Origin: Candidatus Latescibacterota bacterium
Lineage (GTDB): Bacteria; Latescibacterota; UBA2968; UBA8231
Reading direction: 5' to 3'
Length of the DNA stretch: 64,000 bases
Assembly (NCBI GenBank): GCA_965200315.1
Contig: OZ241362.1
Coordinates: 160,001 to 224,000, forward strand
Both the position numbers and the translations under genes were made by a program. The notes under the pieces were generated by a model. It was not told where the DNA came from. It worked only from the letters and a program-made list of their open reading frames with translations, and made no database searches. Positions 1 to 9,970 of the stretch are shown in pieces; within the stretch, counting starts at the first letter, position 1, and each line of letters begins with the position of its first letter.

Positions 1-2
1 CT

Positions 3-566
3 TTTGGTGCGTTCGTCGATTTAGGTTCCGGGGTAGAGGGCTTGGTGCATGTCTCGGAGATCAGCCATCGGCGCGTCGGCCATCCCGAGGAAGTCCTCGC
101 GGTGGGGCAGCAGGTTCAAGTCGCGGTCTTGCGCACCAAGGACTTGGGCAATCGGCGCAAGGAGCGGATCTCGCTGTCGATCAAGTCGCTGGAAAAGGAC
201 CCTTGGCAAGAGATCATGGAGCAGTTTGCAGTCGGCACAGTCGTCCTTGGCAAGGTTGATGGGTTGGAGGATTTTGGCGCGTTTGTCGAGTTGGCCGAAG
301 GCGTGCGCGGGCTGGTGCATGTCTCGGAGATCGCCGACCGCCGCATCAGCCACCCACGCGAGGTGCTCTCACTCGGGGACGAGGTCAAGGTGGTGGTGCT
401 CGAAGTGGATGTCCGCCGCCAGCGCTTGCGCCTGTCGATCAACCAAGTCGATACCCTCGAATCCGAAGCCCATCTCGCCGAGTTCCGCCAGCGGCAGCAG
501 CAGGAAGCCGAGCAAGGCAGCAGTGCCATGCTCGACGCGCTCCGGCGCGCCAATCTAACTGATTGA
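3..566 (+). CDS. rpsA: S1 RNA-binding repeat protein (ribosomal protein S1-like), 5' partial
   Basis: Two S1 repeats FGAFV(D/E)L..GV.GLVHVSEI; frame open from the window edge; could be an S1 paralogue rather than the main rpsA. Confidence 0.7.
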   Translation, partial: FGAFVDLGSGVEGLVHVSEISHRRVGHPEEVLAVGQQVQVAVLRTKDLGNRRKERISLSIKSLEKDPWQEIMEQFAVGTVVLGKVDGLEDFGAFVELAEGVRGLVHVSEIADRRISHPREVLSLGDEVKVVVLEVDVRRQRLRLSINQVDTLESEAHLAEFRQRQQQEAEQGSSAMLDALRRANLTD

Positions 567-567
567 G

Positions 568-1818
568 ATGGGGCTGACAGACGCCATTTTTAACCACCCG
601 CGCGCCGGGTACTACGGCGAGTATGGTGGAGCCTTTGTCCCCGAAATCCTCCGCACGACCCTCGACGAATTGACCCAAGTCTTTGCGGACGCCCGCCGCG
701 ACCCTTCCTTTTGGGCGGAGTTTGAGCAGGTGATGCGGACGTATTCCTGCCGGCCGACCCCGATCACCTTGCTCGAAAACCTCTCCCGCGAGGTCGGCGG
801 GGCGCGGATCTTTCTCAAACGCGAAGACCTCAACCACACAGGCGCCCACAAGGTCAACAACGTCATGGGCCAAGGTTTGTTGGTGCGCCGCATGGGCAAG
901 AGCCGGGTCATTGCCGAGACTGGGGCCGGCCAGCACGGCGTGGCCACGGCGACGATGGCCGCTCGCTTAGGGCTGGAATGCACCATTTACATGGGGGCTG
1001 TCGATGTGGAGCGCCAGCGGCCCAACGTGTTCTGGATGGAGCAACTCGGTGCCGAGGTGGTGCCGGTGACCGATGGCTCGGCCACGCTCAAGGACGCCAT
1101 CAACGAGAGCCTCCGCGATTGGGCCTATTCCATGACCGACACTCACTATGTGCTCGGCACGGCGTGTGGCCCGCATCCCTTCCCACAAATCGTCGCCTAT
1201 TTCCAGCGGATCATCGGCGAGGAGAGCCGCCGGCAGATGCTAGGCTCAGTGGGCTGCCTGCCCGATAGGGTGTACGCTTGCGTCGGCGGCGGGTCCAACG
1301 CCACGGGTCTATTCTTGGGGTTCCTCGACGACGCGTCCGTCGAGTTGGTCGGGGTTGAGGCCGGAGGCCGGGGGCTGGAGACGGGCGATCATGCCTCGCG
1401 CTTGGCCGGCCTCGTCGGTACGCCTGGAGTTGCTCAGGGCTACAAGACCTTCTTCTTCCAAGATGCCGAAGGCCAAATGCGGCACACGCACTCGGTGGCG
1501 GCGGGGTTAGACTACATCGGCGTCAGTCCGATTCTCGCCCACTTAGCCGAGGTGGGCCGAGTGCGCATTGAGGCCGCTACCGACCAAGAAGTGATCGAAG
1601 CTCTCAAGCAGATGATGCGCAGCGAGGGGATCATCGGCGCGCTCGAAAGTACCCACGCCTTGGCCGGTGCCCTGCGCGAGGTGGGCGCGATGACGCCCGA
1701 CCAAGTGGTGCTGATTGGCCTGTCGGGCCGCGGCGACAAGGACATCTTCACGATCGCCGACGCACTCGCGGACGAAAACTGGCAGCGCTTCCTCGCCGAT
1801 AGGGCCGCTCGGTCGTGA
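568..1818 (+). CDS. trpB: tryptophan synthase beta chain
   Basis: LKREDLNHTGAHK PLP-lysine motif, AETGAGQHG, CVGGGSNA, LSGRGDKD. Confidence 0.97.
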   Translation: MGLTDAIFNHPRAGYYGEYGGAFVPEILRTTLDELTQVFADARRDPSFWAEFEQVMRTYSCRPTPITLLENLSREVGGARIFLKREDLNHTGAHKVNNVMGQGLLVRRMGKSRVIAETGAGQHGVATATMAARLGLECTIYMGAVDVERQRPNVFWMEQLGAEVVPVTDGSATLKDAINESLRDWAYSMTDTHYVLGTACGPHPFPQIVAYFQRIIGEESRRQMLGSVGCLPDRVYACVGGGSNATGLFLGFLDDASVELVGVEAGGRGLETGDHASRLAGLVGTPGVAQGYKTFFFQDAEGQMRHTHSVAAGLDYIGVSPILAHLAEVGRVRIEAATDQEVIEALKQMMRSEGIIGALESTHALAGALREVGAMTPDQVVLIGLSGRGDKDIFTIADALADENWQRFLADRAARS

Positions 1819-2591
1819 ATCTGCAAGCCTATATCGAGGAGCGGCTTACCGAGCGCAAGGTCCTGCTGATGACGCATCTGATCGCAGGTTTCCCGTCGCT
1901 GGAGGCCAACTGGCGGATGCTGGAGATCATGGCGGAGGCCGAGGTCGATTTGGTCGAATTGCAGATGCCCTTTAGCGAGCCAATCGCCGACGGGCCGACC
2001 TTTGCGCGAGCCAACCAGCAGGCTCTCAAAAGCGGCCTTACCCTCGACGAATATTTCGATTTGATGCAGCGCGCAACCTCGGCTTTTGCCTTTCCGCATC
2101 TGATGATGGGCTACTACAACACGGCGTTTCGCTTGGGGCACGGTCCATTCTGCCGCCGCTTGGCTGCCAGTGGGGCCTGCGGCTTTATCCTGCCGGACTT
2201 GCCGGTCGAAGAGTACGGCGACCTGTGGGCAGCAGGCGCGGAGTGCGAGCAAACGCCGATTGTGCTGATGACCCCGACCAACACTGACCAGCGGTTGCAG
2301 CAGATTGGTGCCCAAGCCAAAGGGTTGGTCTATGCGGTGGCGCGCAAGGGCGTAACTGGCCGTCAGACCGACTTAGGCGGGGAACTCTATCGGTTTATTG
2401 CGCGGTGCCGTGCGGCGACCGCTCTGCCGCTCGGAGTCGGTTTTGGCCTGCGCAGCGGGGAAGATTTGCGCCAGCTACAGGGTCGGGCCGAAATCGGCAT
2501 CGTCGGATCGGTGCTGTTGGAGGGCTGGGAACGGGAAGGGGAAGCGGGCTACGCCGCTTTGTTGCACGACTTGGCTGCTGGTCGCGGCTGA
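1815..2591 (+). CDS. trpA: tryptophan synthase alpha chain
   Basis: PFSEPIADGP, PDLP, GVTG, VGFG motifs; GTGA overlap with trpB. Confidence 0.95.
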   Translation: MNLQAYIEERLTERKVLLMTHLIAGFPSLEANWRMLEIMAEAEVDLVELQMPFSEPIADGPTFARANQQALKSGLTLDEYFDLMQRATSAFAFPHLMMGYYNTAFRLGHGPFCRRLAASGACGFILPDLPVEEYGDLWAAGAECEQTPIVLMTPTNTDQRLQQIGAQAKGLVYAVARKGVTGRQTDLGGELYRFIARCRAATALPLGVGFGLRSGEDLRQLQGRAEIGIVGSVLLEGWEREGEAGYAALLHDLAAGRG

Positions 2592-2658
2592 AATCCTTTA
2601 CAACCATAATTTTTATTGTCTGAGCAACGCCGGTGCTAGGGTGTTTGTCCCGGCGCGA

Positions 2659-3393
2659 TCAGTCCATGTACAACCCCCCGTTGACGTCGATGGTCTCGCC
2701 GGTGATGTGCCGCGCGTCGTCCGAAGCCAGAAAGAGCGCGCAGTTGGCTACGTCTTCGGGCTGGCCGGAGCGGCCAAGGGGGATGGAGGCTTTGAGCTGG
2801 TCGTGTTCGGGGGCGGAGGTCATGGCGGTGTTGATGACGCCGGGAGCGATGGCGTTGACGCGGATTTGGTCGGGAGCTAAGGCGCGCGCTAGGCCAATGG
2901 TTAAGGTGAGGACGCCAGCTTTAGCCGCTGCGTAGGGAGGGCCAGCGGCTAGGCCCCCGGTCTTGGCCGCTAGGGAGGTCATGTTGATGATGACCCCTTG
3001 GCGGCGCGCCTTCATATGGGGGATGACCGCTTGGGTGCAGAGGAAAGGCCCCTTCATGTTGACATCGACGATGCGGTCCCAGTGCTCTTCGCTGCACGAT
3101 TCAAAGGTCGTATAGACGAGATAGCCGGCGTTGTTGACTAGGATATCGAGTTGGCCGAACTCGTCGAGTACGCGGCTCGTGCCGGCGAGGACGGCGGCCT
3201 TGGAGGATACATCCATAGCTAATCCCAACGCGCCTGACCCAATCGCGGCAGCCGTGGCGCTGGCGGTGCCAGAGTCAATGTCGGCGATGGCCACTCGTGC
3301 TCCCTCGCGGGCAAAGCACTCGGCGCAGGCCCGACCAATGCCCCGGCCTGCGCCGGTGATCAACGCGGCCTTGTGCTGTAATTTTCCCGTCAT
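2659..3393 (-). CDS. short-chain dehydrogenase/reductase (FabG-like)
   Basis: TGAGRGIG, NNAG, YAAAK, NAIAPG motifs. Confidence 0.93.
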   Translation of the reverse strand: MTGKLQHKAALITGAGRGIGRACAECFAREGARVAIADIDSGTASATAAAIGSGALGLAMDVSSKAAVLAGTSRVLDEFGQLDILVNNAGYLVYTTFESCSEEHWDRIVDVNMKGPFLCTQAVIPHMKARRQGVIINMTSLAAKTGGLAAGPPYAAAKAGVLTLTIGLARALAPDQIRVNAIAPGVINTAMTSAPEHDQLKASIPLGRSGQPEDVANCALFLASDDARHITGETIDVNGGLYMD

Positions 3394-3401
3394 GGTGCCT
3401 C

Positions 3402-3724
3402 CTAGTTAGAAAAAGATCGCCAGAGCAGGACCGTACCGTCTTCGGCCCCAGACGCCAGCATGGTGCCGTCGGGCGAAAACGAGACGGATTGGACCTAACC
3501 GGCATGCCCTTTCAGGGTGGTCAGCCGCCTCTGCGTCGCCACGTCCCACAGGACTATGTTGTTATCGCTTGAGCCGGACGCGAGTGTGGTGCCGTCGGGC
3601 GAAAACGCCACGGAAGAGGCATAAGACGTACGATCTTGGTCGGTCAGCCGACTCCACTTGGGAGAATCGGCGACAGCTAAGACCGCCAGCGCAGCCCAAC
3701 TATAACGGCGAATAACGCTTTCAT
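3402..3724 (-). pseudogene. WD40-repeat protein remnant
   Basis: Manual translation: [24 protein letters not shown]...LKGHAG*VQSVSFSPDGTMLASGAEDGTVLLW; in-frame TAG at 3495-3497 and a frameshift after a signal-peptide-like start. Confidence 0.8.
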
Positions 3725-3863
3725 AAGGCGTCTCCTCGGTAAAACAAAATATGCTATTTTGCGCGACGCCCCAATGCGCGTGGTTTGCTACGTTGGGAAA
3801 AATCTATAAGATAAAGTTGCCTATAAAAGCTACGCCGAATTTTAGAATCGGGAGTTTGCAGAT

Positions 3864-5123
3864 ATGAGAAGCGTCATTGGAGTCGTCCTCGGGGGTGGGC
3901 AGGGTGCGCGACTCTTCCCGCTAACGCAGCTTCGCTCCAAGCCGGCCGTGCCCATTGGCGGCAAATACCGCTTAATCGACATTCCCATCAGCAATTGTCT
4001 GCATTCTGGGATCAACCGCATCTTTGCCCTGACCCAATTCAACTCCGCTTCGCTGCACCGCCACATTAGCACGACGTATCGCTTTGATTCCTTTTCCGAT
4101 GGCTTTGTCGAGATCTTGGCGGCCGAGCAGACCCAAGACAGCGTCGATTGGTACCAAGGCACGGCCGACGCGGTGCGCCAACAGCTCAGGCACTTGCTCT
4201 CGAGCCGCGCCGACCAAGTGCTAATTCTGTCGGGCGACCACCTCTATCGCATGGATTACCGCGCCTTTGTCGAAGAGCACCGAGCGCGCGGCGCGGATGT
4301 GTCGATTGCGGTCAAGCCGGTGCCGCGGCAAGCCGCGCCCGCACTGGGGATCGTGCAGGTGAATGCTCAAGGGCGGATCGTGGATTTTCGCGAGAAGCCG
4401 CAAGACCCCGCCGAACTGGATGCTCTGCGGCTGCCAGCGGCTGCCGACCCGGAGGCGTGCTATATGGCCTCTATGGGCATTTACGTGTTTGAACCCCAGG
4501 TCTTGGTCAGCCTGCTGATGAGCAGCTACCAAGACGACTTCGGCAAGCACATCATCCCGGATGCGATCCACAAGGTGGGCGTTTTTGCCCACACCTTTGA
4601 AGGATATTGGGAAGACATCGGCACCATTCGCTCTTTTTACGAGGCGAACTTGGCGCTGACGGATCGGCCGCCACCGTTTGACTTTTACCAGGCCGACGCA
4701 CCGATTTACACCCACGCGCGCTTCCTCGCTGGGACGCGGCTGGACGATTGCCACATTGAGCGCGGGATTATCTGCGAAGGCTCTTCCATTCAGGCGGCCC
4801 GGATCGGGCGCTCGGTGATCGGAATCCGCTCGGTGATTGGCGCGAAATGCCAGATTGCCAACACCATCGTTATGGGTGCGGATTCGGAAGAGTCGCCGGT
4901 TGATCGAGCGCGCAATGCGGCTCAAGGCATTCCGAATATGGGGATTGGCGCGAACAGCACGATCACCGGCGCGATCATCGACAAAAACGCGCGCATCGGC
5001 GAGCGGGTTCGCATCACCAGCAAGGCCCGAGGCGTCGAGGCCGATGCGACCAATTACTACATCCGCGACGGGATCGTGGTCGTGCCTAAAGACGCGGTGA
5101 TTCCGCCGGGCATGGTTATTTGA
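3864..5123 (+). CDS. glgC: glucose-1-phosphate adenylyltransferase
   Basis: [47 protein letters not shown]-terminal beta-helix. Confidence 0.97.
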   Translation: MRSVIGVVLGGGQGARLFPLTQLRSKPAVPIGGKYRLIDIPISNCLHSGINRIFALTQFNSASLHRHISTTYRFDSFSDGFVEILAAEQTQDSVDWYQGTADAVRQQLRHLLSSRADQVLILSGDHLYRMDYRAFVEEHRARGADVSIAVKPVPRQAAPALGIVQVNAQGRIVDFREKPQDPAELDALRLPAAADPEACYMASMGIYVFEPQVLVSLLMSSYQDDFGKHIIPDAIHKVGVFAHTFEGYWEDIGTIRSFYEANLALTDRPPPFDFYQADAPIYTHARFLAGTRLDDCHIERGIICEGSSIQAARIGRSVIGIRSVIGAKCQIANTIVMGADSEESPVDRARNAAQGIPNMGIGANSTITGAIIDKNARIGERVRITSKARGVEADATNYYIRDGIVVVPKDAVIPPGMVI

Positions 5124-5220
5124 CGGGACCGACCGCCTGCTACCGGTGGCCGAGTGCGCCGGGAAGCTTTTCGGCGGTAGGGGGCGCAGGCTGCCGCCAC
5201 CTTAAAACGGGAGACGTACA

Positions 5221-6570
5221 ATGGACAAGATTACCCTCGAAAATTTCCGCTGCTTCCGCGAAAGGCAGACCGCCCGCCTAGCCCCGCTGACCCTGCTCGT
5301 CGGCGAGAACAGCACTGGCAAGACCTCGTTTTTGGCTGTAATTCGGGCATTGTGGGATGTTGTTCAAGATACATTTCCCAATTTCAAAAAGACTCCCTAC
5401 GATCTCGGCAGCTTCGACGAAATCGCCTACTACCGAGGTGGACGAGGTGGACGGGCCGATACCTTTGAGGCGGGATTCGAGTTCATTAGAGATAGTGAAG
5501 AGTATTGTTTTGATGTGACGTTCAAAAAAAGGGGGGCTGTCCCCAGTCCGGTGCGAATGCGCTGTGCTCAAAAGGATACGTGGATCGAATGTAAACTCTC
5601 GGCAAACCAGTCGTCATGGGAAATTCGTTGCAGAACGGAGAATGGCACTTGGGGAGTCAGCCCACCTGCTAGATTCGCCCTGTCGGCACATACAGACCAC
5701 GCCGATCTATTCTCTTTGCTAATAGAATTAGAAATAGTCGTAGAGCAAGGAGAGGCTCGATGGACTGGCCAAGCAGGCTCAGGACAGCCTTCTGAAATGG
5801 ATCTAGAACGAATTCGCCATCTTCTATATCCGTTTACATCTTTTTACGCCTACGGAAACGAACCGTACGCCAGCGCACCGGTCCGCTCCAAGCCACGTCG
5901 CACCTACGACCCTGCTCGCCCGACGCGAGACCCCGAAGGCGACTACGTTCCTATGTATTTGTCCGATTTGTATTTTCAGGATAGACGCAAATGGGAAACG
6001 CTCAAGGGCGCACTCGAAAAATTTGGCCAAGATGCTGGTCTTTTCGATGAAATTTTGATCCGGGCTTTCGGAAAGAAGGCCACTGAGCCTTTTCAGGTAC
6101 AAATACGAAAATTTAGCAACAACAAGCTAAAGGGACCATCGCGCAACCTGATTGATGTCGGCTATGGCGTCAGCCAAGTGCTACCCGTCATAACCGAATT
6201 ACTGCGCCAAGACGCCCCGACCATGTTTCTGCTCCAACAACCCGAAGTCCACCTCCACCCCAGTGCTCAGGCCGCTTTAGGTAGCCTGTTTTGCCAAGTC
6301 GCCCGACCGGATCGCCAACTGGTTGTCGAAACGCATAGCGACCACTTGCTCGACCGGGTGCGGATGGATGTGCGCGATGGCGAGGGAAATTTGAAACCGG
6401 AAGATGTCTCTATCCTCTTTTTTGAGCCGCACGACCTCAGCGTGTGCATTCATTCGCTGAAATTGGACGAAGAAGGCAACGTTCTGAATGCTCCGCCGAG
6501 TTACCGGCGGTTCTTCATGGAAGAAGTTGAACGGTCTATCTGGAAGCGGCGGACATCTACCGGAGGATGA
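5221..6570 (+). CDS. ABC-type/AAA ATPase (AAA_15/AAA_21-like, DUF3696-like C-terminus)
   Basis: LENFRCF start, Walker A GENSTGKT, signature VGYGVSQVLP, Walker B region LLQQPEVHLHP, H-loop VETHSDH. Confidence 0.88.
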   Translation: MDKITLENFRCFRERQTARLAPLTLLVGENSTGKTSFLAVIRALWDVVQDTFPNFKKTPYDLGSFDEIAYYRGGRGGRADTFEAGFEFIRDSEEYCFDVTFKKRGAVPSPVRMRCAQKDTWIECKLSANQSSWEIRCRTENGTWGVSPPARFALSAHTDHADLFSLLIELEIVVEQGEARWTGQAGSGQPSEMDLERIRHLLYPFTSFYAYGNEPYASAPVRSKPRRTYDPARPTRDPEGDYVPMYLSDLYFQDRRKWETLKGALEKFGQDAGLFDEILIRAFGKKATEPFQVQIRKFSNNKLKGPSRNLIDVGYGVSQVLPVITELLRQDAPTMFLLQQPEVHLHPSAQAALGSLFCQVARPDRQLVVETHSDHLLDRVRMDVRDGEGNLKPEDVSILFFEPHDLSVCIHSLKLDEEGNVLNAPPSYRRFFMEEVERSIWKRRTSTGG

Positions 6571-6573
6571 TGA

Positions 6574-7053
6574 ATGTGCGCCATTATTGACGCGAATGTC
6601 GCCGCCGAAGTATTCGTAGAGAAGCCGCAGCCGGCAGGAGAAAAGTTCTTGGACTGGGTCAAGGCCGGCAGGGGACGTTTAGTGGTTGGTGGCAAATTGC
6701 TTAGGGAACTTGAAAGTAGCACCGAAGGCTTCAGAAATTGGGCGTCTAGTGCTGTGGCGGCCGGCGTGTTGTACATCGCCAGCGAAAGCGAGTTGGCGGC
6801 AAGAACGGAGGAATTTGAAAACCACCCGGCCTGCAAATCGGACGATCCGCACGTGCTCGCCTTAGCTCAACTCAGCGGAGCCCGCCTGTTGTATTCCAAC
6901 GATCAAAACCTACAGGAAGATTTCAAGAACCAGCGATTGATTGACAGGCCACGCGGAAAGATATACTCAACGCTTAGAAGCAAAAATTTTACGAGTAGCC
7001 ACAGGCGGCTGCTCGGACGAACAGACCTTTGTCAAGGAATTTCTGCGCGGTAA
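6574..7053 (+). CDS. PIN-domain-like protein
   Basis: IIDANV, ELE, DDPHVLALA, LYSND acidic pattern typical of PIN folds; 3 bp after the ATPase. Confidence 0.7.
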   Translation: MCAIIDANVAAEVFVEKPQPAGEKFLDWVKAGRGRLVVGGKLLRELESSTEGFRNWASSAVAAGVLYIASESELAARTEEFENHPACKSDDPHVLALAQLSGARLLYSNDQNLQEDFKNQRLIDRPRGKIYSTLRSKNFTSSHRRLLGRTDLCQGISAR

Positions 7054-7071
7054 TGAGCGGCCGAGCATTTC

Positions 7072-7111
7072 AAAAAAAGAAGGGACGGGCATACACCCGT
7101 CCCTCTTTTTT
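7072..7111. terminator. bidirectional intrinsic terminator
   Basis: A-tract, AGGGACGGG / CCCGTCCCT stem, T-tract, between convergent genes. Confidence 0.8.
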
Positions 7112-7227
7112 ATTCTGCGAGAAAAGCCCTACTTGAGCGAGGTCATCTTGCGCTGCAGGCCTTTGTCGCCCGCGCGGAGGCGGTCCCGGTGCTGAGGTCC
7201 GACATATCGACAGCGACCGAGTAGGAG

Positions 7228-7728
7228 CTAGCTATGCACGTTCGCGCCTGGGCGGATTTCCCAGACGGCGTTGAGCGAGGGCAGCAAGTCGTTTTCAGCA
7301 AGCTGGCCAGCGGCCTTGGTCGAGTCTTGGCTGGCCACGTCAATGCGCGTGGATTCGAGCCGGGTACCTCCCACGAGGCGCAGTTGGGTATTGATGGGCA
7401 GCTCGATCATGGCGTAGCCAGCGTAGATTTGCTGGTCGCCGTCAAAATTGCTCAAAAGCTGGGCGGCGTCTTGGACGTAGGAGCCGAAGCGGTACTGGCT
7501 GCCATTGCTGCTGATTAGCCCGACCTTTTCGGCCGCAAAAAAGGTATTGGGCTGGCCGTCGTAGTCGATGTCGTCTTGGTCGAATTCGTAGTGCCGCTCG
7601 CGAAAAGTGTGCGCTTTGTCCAGAGCCAAGAAGCCGGTTTTGAAATTGCTGTTGATACCCTGCCATTGCTTGAAGGGCACGGTCAGGTTGAACTGGAATT
7701 CGCGGTTGCTCTCGTCGAGGTCGCGTAT
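7228..7728 (-). pseudogene. internal fragment of a TonB-dependent receptor
   Basis: RDLDESNREFQFNLTVPF...IYAGYAMIELP...LRLVGGTRLE...DLLPSLNAVW beta-barrel strands; no signal peptide, plug or C-terminus. Confidence 0.7.
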
Positions 7729-7744
7729 CTATCGCAGAGAAAAA

Positions 7745-7783
7745 CGTCACCATTTCGTAACAATACTGTGACAAAAGCGTCGC
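7745..7783 (+). promoter_or_regulatory. Pho-box array (PhoB direct repeats)
   Basis: CGTCAC(7745), CGTAAC(7756), TGTGAC(7767), CGTCGC(7778): exact 11-bp period, resembling TGTCAT half-sites, upstream of the pst/pho operon. Confidence 0.7.
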
Positions 7784-7929
7784 ATAGCGAGGCCATTTTC
7801 AAACATATAGCAACCCTACATCATTTACCAGATAATCCGCAGATAGACGCAGAGTAGGAGGCACAAGACGAGCCACCGCTCGAATCGAAGACGAGAAAAA
7901 CGCCAAAAGAGGGAGGATAGTAACACATA

Positions 7930-8898
7930 ATGAAAAAAAAGATGACGTTTGTAACCCTGATGTTGGGCTGGGTCTTTGCAGCGCAAGCACAGGAGGTCGC
8001 GATCAAAGGCCTTATGTTTGGCGACTACTACTACGTATTGGCCGCCGACGAGGCCGACGCTAGGCAGCCCCGCAAGCGCAATGCCTTCCAGTTCCGCCGG
8101 ATGTACCTCACATGCCAGAGGGACGTTGCCACTGACTTTGCGATTCGCTTTCGCCTTGAGGCTAAGGACGCGGGGTTTGCCCAAGGTGCGAAGATGGAAC
8201 CCTTCGTCAAGCACGGCTACGTACAGTGGAAAGAGGGGATAGGCGATGCGGATATATATCTAGGGCTTTCGGGGACGCCGACTTGGGCTGTCGCCGAAAA
8301 GGTCTGGGGCTACCGATCGATAGCCAAGACCGCGCTCGACTGGAATAAAATTGGCTCTTCGGCCGACTTGGGTGCGGCCCTCAAGGGCGCGGCGGGCCAG
8401 CTGAACTACCACCTGATGATCGGCAATGGTCCCGGACAGAAGCCGGAGGACGACCACGGCAAGAAGTTCTATGGTTCGTTGAGTTTCAAGGCGGCGGACC
8501 GATTGATCTTGGAAGGCTATGCGGACTTTAATGCGAAGCTGGCTGGTCGCAACGAGCGGACCTTCAAGGGCTTCGTCGGCTGGCAGGGAGCGAAGGGTAG
8601 GGCGGGGTTGGAGGTCTTCTCGCGCACCAACGAGCAGGCCGGCGCAGGCGGCGAGGATCAAGTCGTCGCCGGGGTCTCGGCTTTTGGCTCGCTGCCGCTC
8701 AATGCCGCGTTCAAGGGCTTTGGCCGATTCGATGCGGTCACCCACGACGCTGCGGACGACAGGGATTGGCTCTTCATCGCCGGCCTCGACTACGCCGCGG
8801 CTACAGACGTTCACCTGATGCCCAATGTGCTCATCGAGTCGCCCGCCGGCCGCGATGCCAATGTCCAAGGACGGCTGACCTTTTACTACAAATTTTAG
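7930..8898 (+). CDS. outer-membrane porin, probably phosphate-selective (OprO/OprP-like role)
   Basis: Signal peptide (AQA-Q), NAFQFRRMYL motif, amphipathic strands, terminal YYKF; first gene of the pst operon. Confidence 0.7.
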   Translation: MKKKMTFVTLMLGWVFAAQAQEVAIKGLMFGDYYYVLAADEADARQPRKRNAFQFRRMYLTCQRDVATDFAIRFRLEAKDAGFAQGAKMEPFVKHGYVQWKEGIGDADIYLGLSGTPTWAVAEKVWGYRSIAKTALDWNKIGSSADLGAALKGAAGQLNYHLMIGNGPGQKPEDDHGKKFYGSLSFKAADRLILEGYADFNAKLAGRNERTFKGFVGWQGAKGRAGLEVFSRTNEQAGAGGEDQVVAGVSAFGSLPLNAAFKGFGRFDAVTHDAADDRDWLFIAGLDYAAATDVHLMPNVLIESPAGRDANVQGRLTFYYKF

Positions 8899-8986
8899 CC
8901 GTGCCGTAACGCAAGTTTCATCCGTTAGATACAAATCCTACAAACTTAAAAACGGCCATACTTAAAATGGCATGGAGAATGCAACG

Positions 8987-9958
8987 ATGAGAAAAAAATG
9001 GCTCGGAGTAGTGCTGATGTGTGGGGTGTTCGCCGCTGGCGTCCAAGCGCAGACCATAGCCGTTGATGAGCGAATCGCGCCCTACGAGAAAGTGCGCGGT
9101 CTGGCTGGCAACGCCAGTAGCATTGGCTCCGACACGATGAACAACATGATGGCGCTCTGGCTGGAGGCCTTCCGCAAGTACTATCCCAACGTCAAGATCC
9201 AGATCGAGGGCAAGGGGTCGAGTACTGCGCCGCCGGCCCTAATTGAGGGCACGGCTCAGTTCGGGCCAATGTCGCGGCCGCTGAAGTCGAGCGAGGAGGA
9301 CAAATTCGAGCAGGCCTTCGGCTATAAGCCAACGCCTCTGCGGGCGGCGCTGGATGCGCTGGCGGTCTTTGTCAACAAGGACAACCCCCTCGAGGGCCTG
9401 AGCCTGCCGCAAGTCGATGCGATTTTTTCCAAGACCCGCCGCAGCGAGTTCCCCAACGACATCACCACTTGGGGCCAGTTGGGGTTAGAAGGGGATTGGG
9501 CCAAGGCCCGAATTAGCCTCTACGGCCGCAACTCGGCCTCGGGCACCTATGGTTTTTTTAAGAAGCAGGCCCTGTTCAAAGGCGACTACAAGGACGAGGT
9601 GAAAGAGCAGCCCGGGTCGGCGTCCGTAGTCCAAGGCATCACCGAGGACCGTTTCGCCATAGGATACAGCGGCATTGGCTATCAGACCTCGGGGGTGCGC
9701 GTTGTGCCCCTGGCTAAAGCCGAGGGACAGGAGTCTAAGCAAGGCTCGATGGAAAACGTACTAAACGGCTCGTATCCCCTCGGTCGTTTTCTATACATTT
9801 ATATAAACAAGGCCCCCGGCCAAGCTATGGACCCGCTAGTGAAAGAGTTCTGCAAGTTTATTTTTTCTAAAGAAGGTCAAGAAATTGTCGTCAAAGACGG
9901 CTATATGCCCGTGCCGTTTGAAGCGGTCCAAGCCGAATTGGCCAAATTGGATATCTAA
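8987..9958 (+). CDS. pstS: phosphate ABC transporter substrate-binding protein
   Basis: GSDT, GKGSSTAPPAL, MSR, GRNSASGTY; start chosen from GGAG RBS (8972 possible). Confidence 0.95.
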   Translation: MRKKWLGVVLMCGVFAAGVQAQTIAVDERIAPYEKVRGLAGNASSIGSDTMNNMMALWLEAFRKYYPNVKIQIEGKGSSTAPPALIEGTAQFGPMSRPLKSSEEDKFEQAFGYKPTPLRAALDALAVFVNKDNPLEGLSLPQVDAIFSKTRRSEFPNDITTWGQLGLEGDWAKARISLYGRNSASGTYGFFKKQALFKGDYKDEVKEQPGSASVVQGITEDRFAIGYSGIGYQTSGVRVVPLAKAEGQESKQGSMENVLNGSYPLGRFLYIYINKAPGQAMDPLVKEFCKFIFSKEGQEIVVKDGYMPVPFEAVQAELAKLDI

Positions 9959-9970
9959 AGGCGTGGATAC

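Noticed and set aside
5124-5220. REP-like GTAG hairpin after glgC
   Set aside because: Poor palindrome and no match to the RAYT-associated REPs
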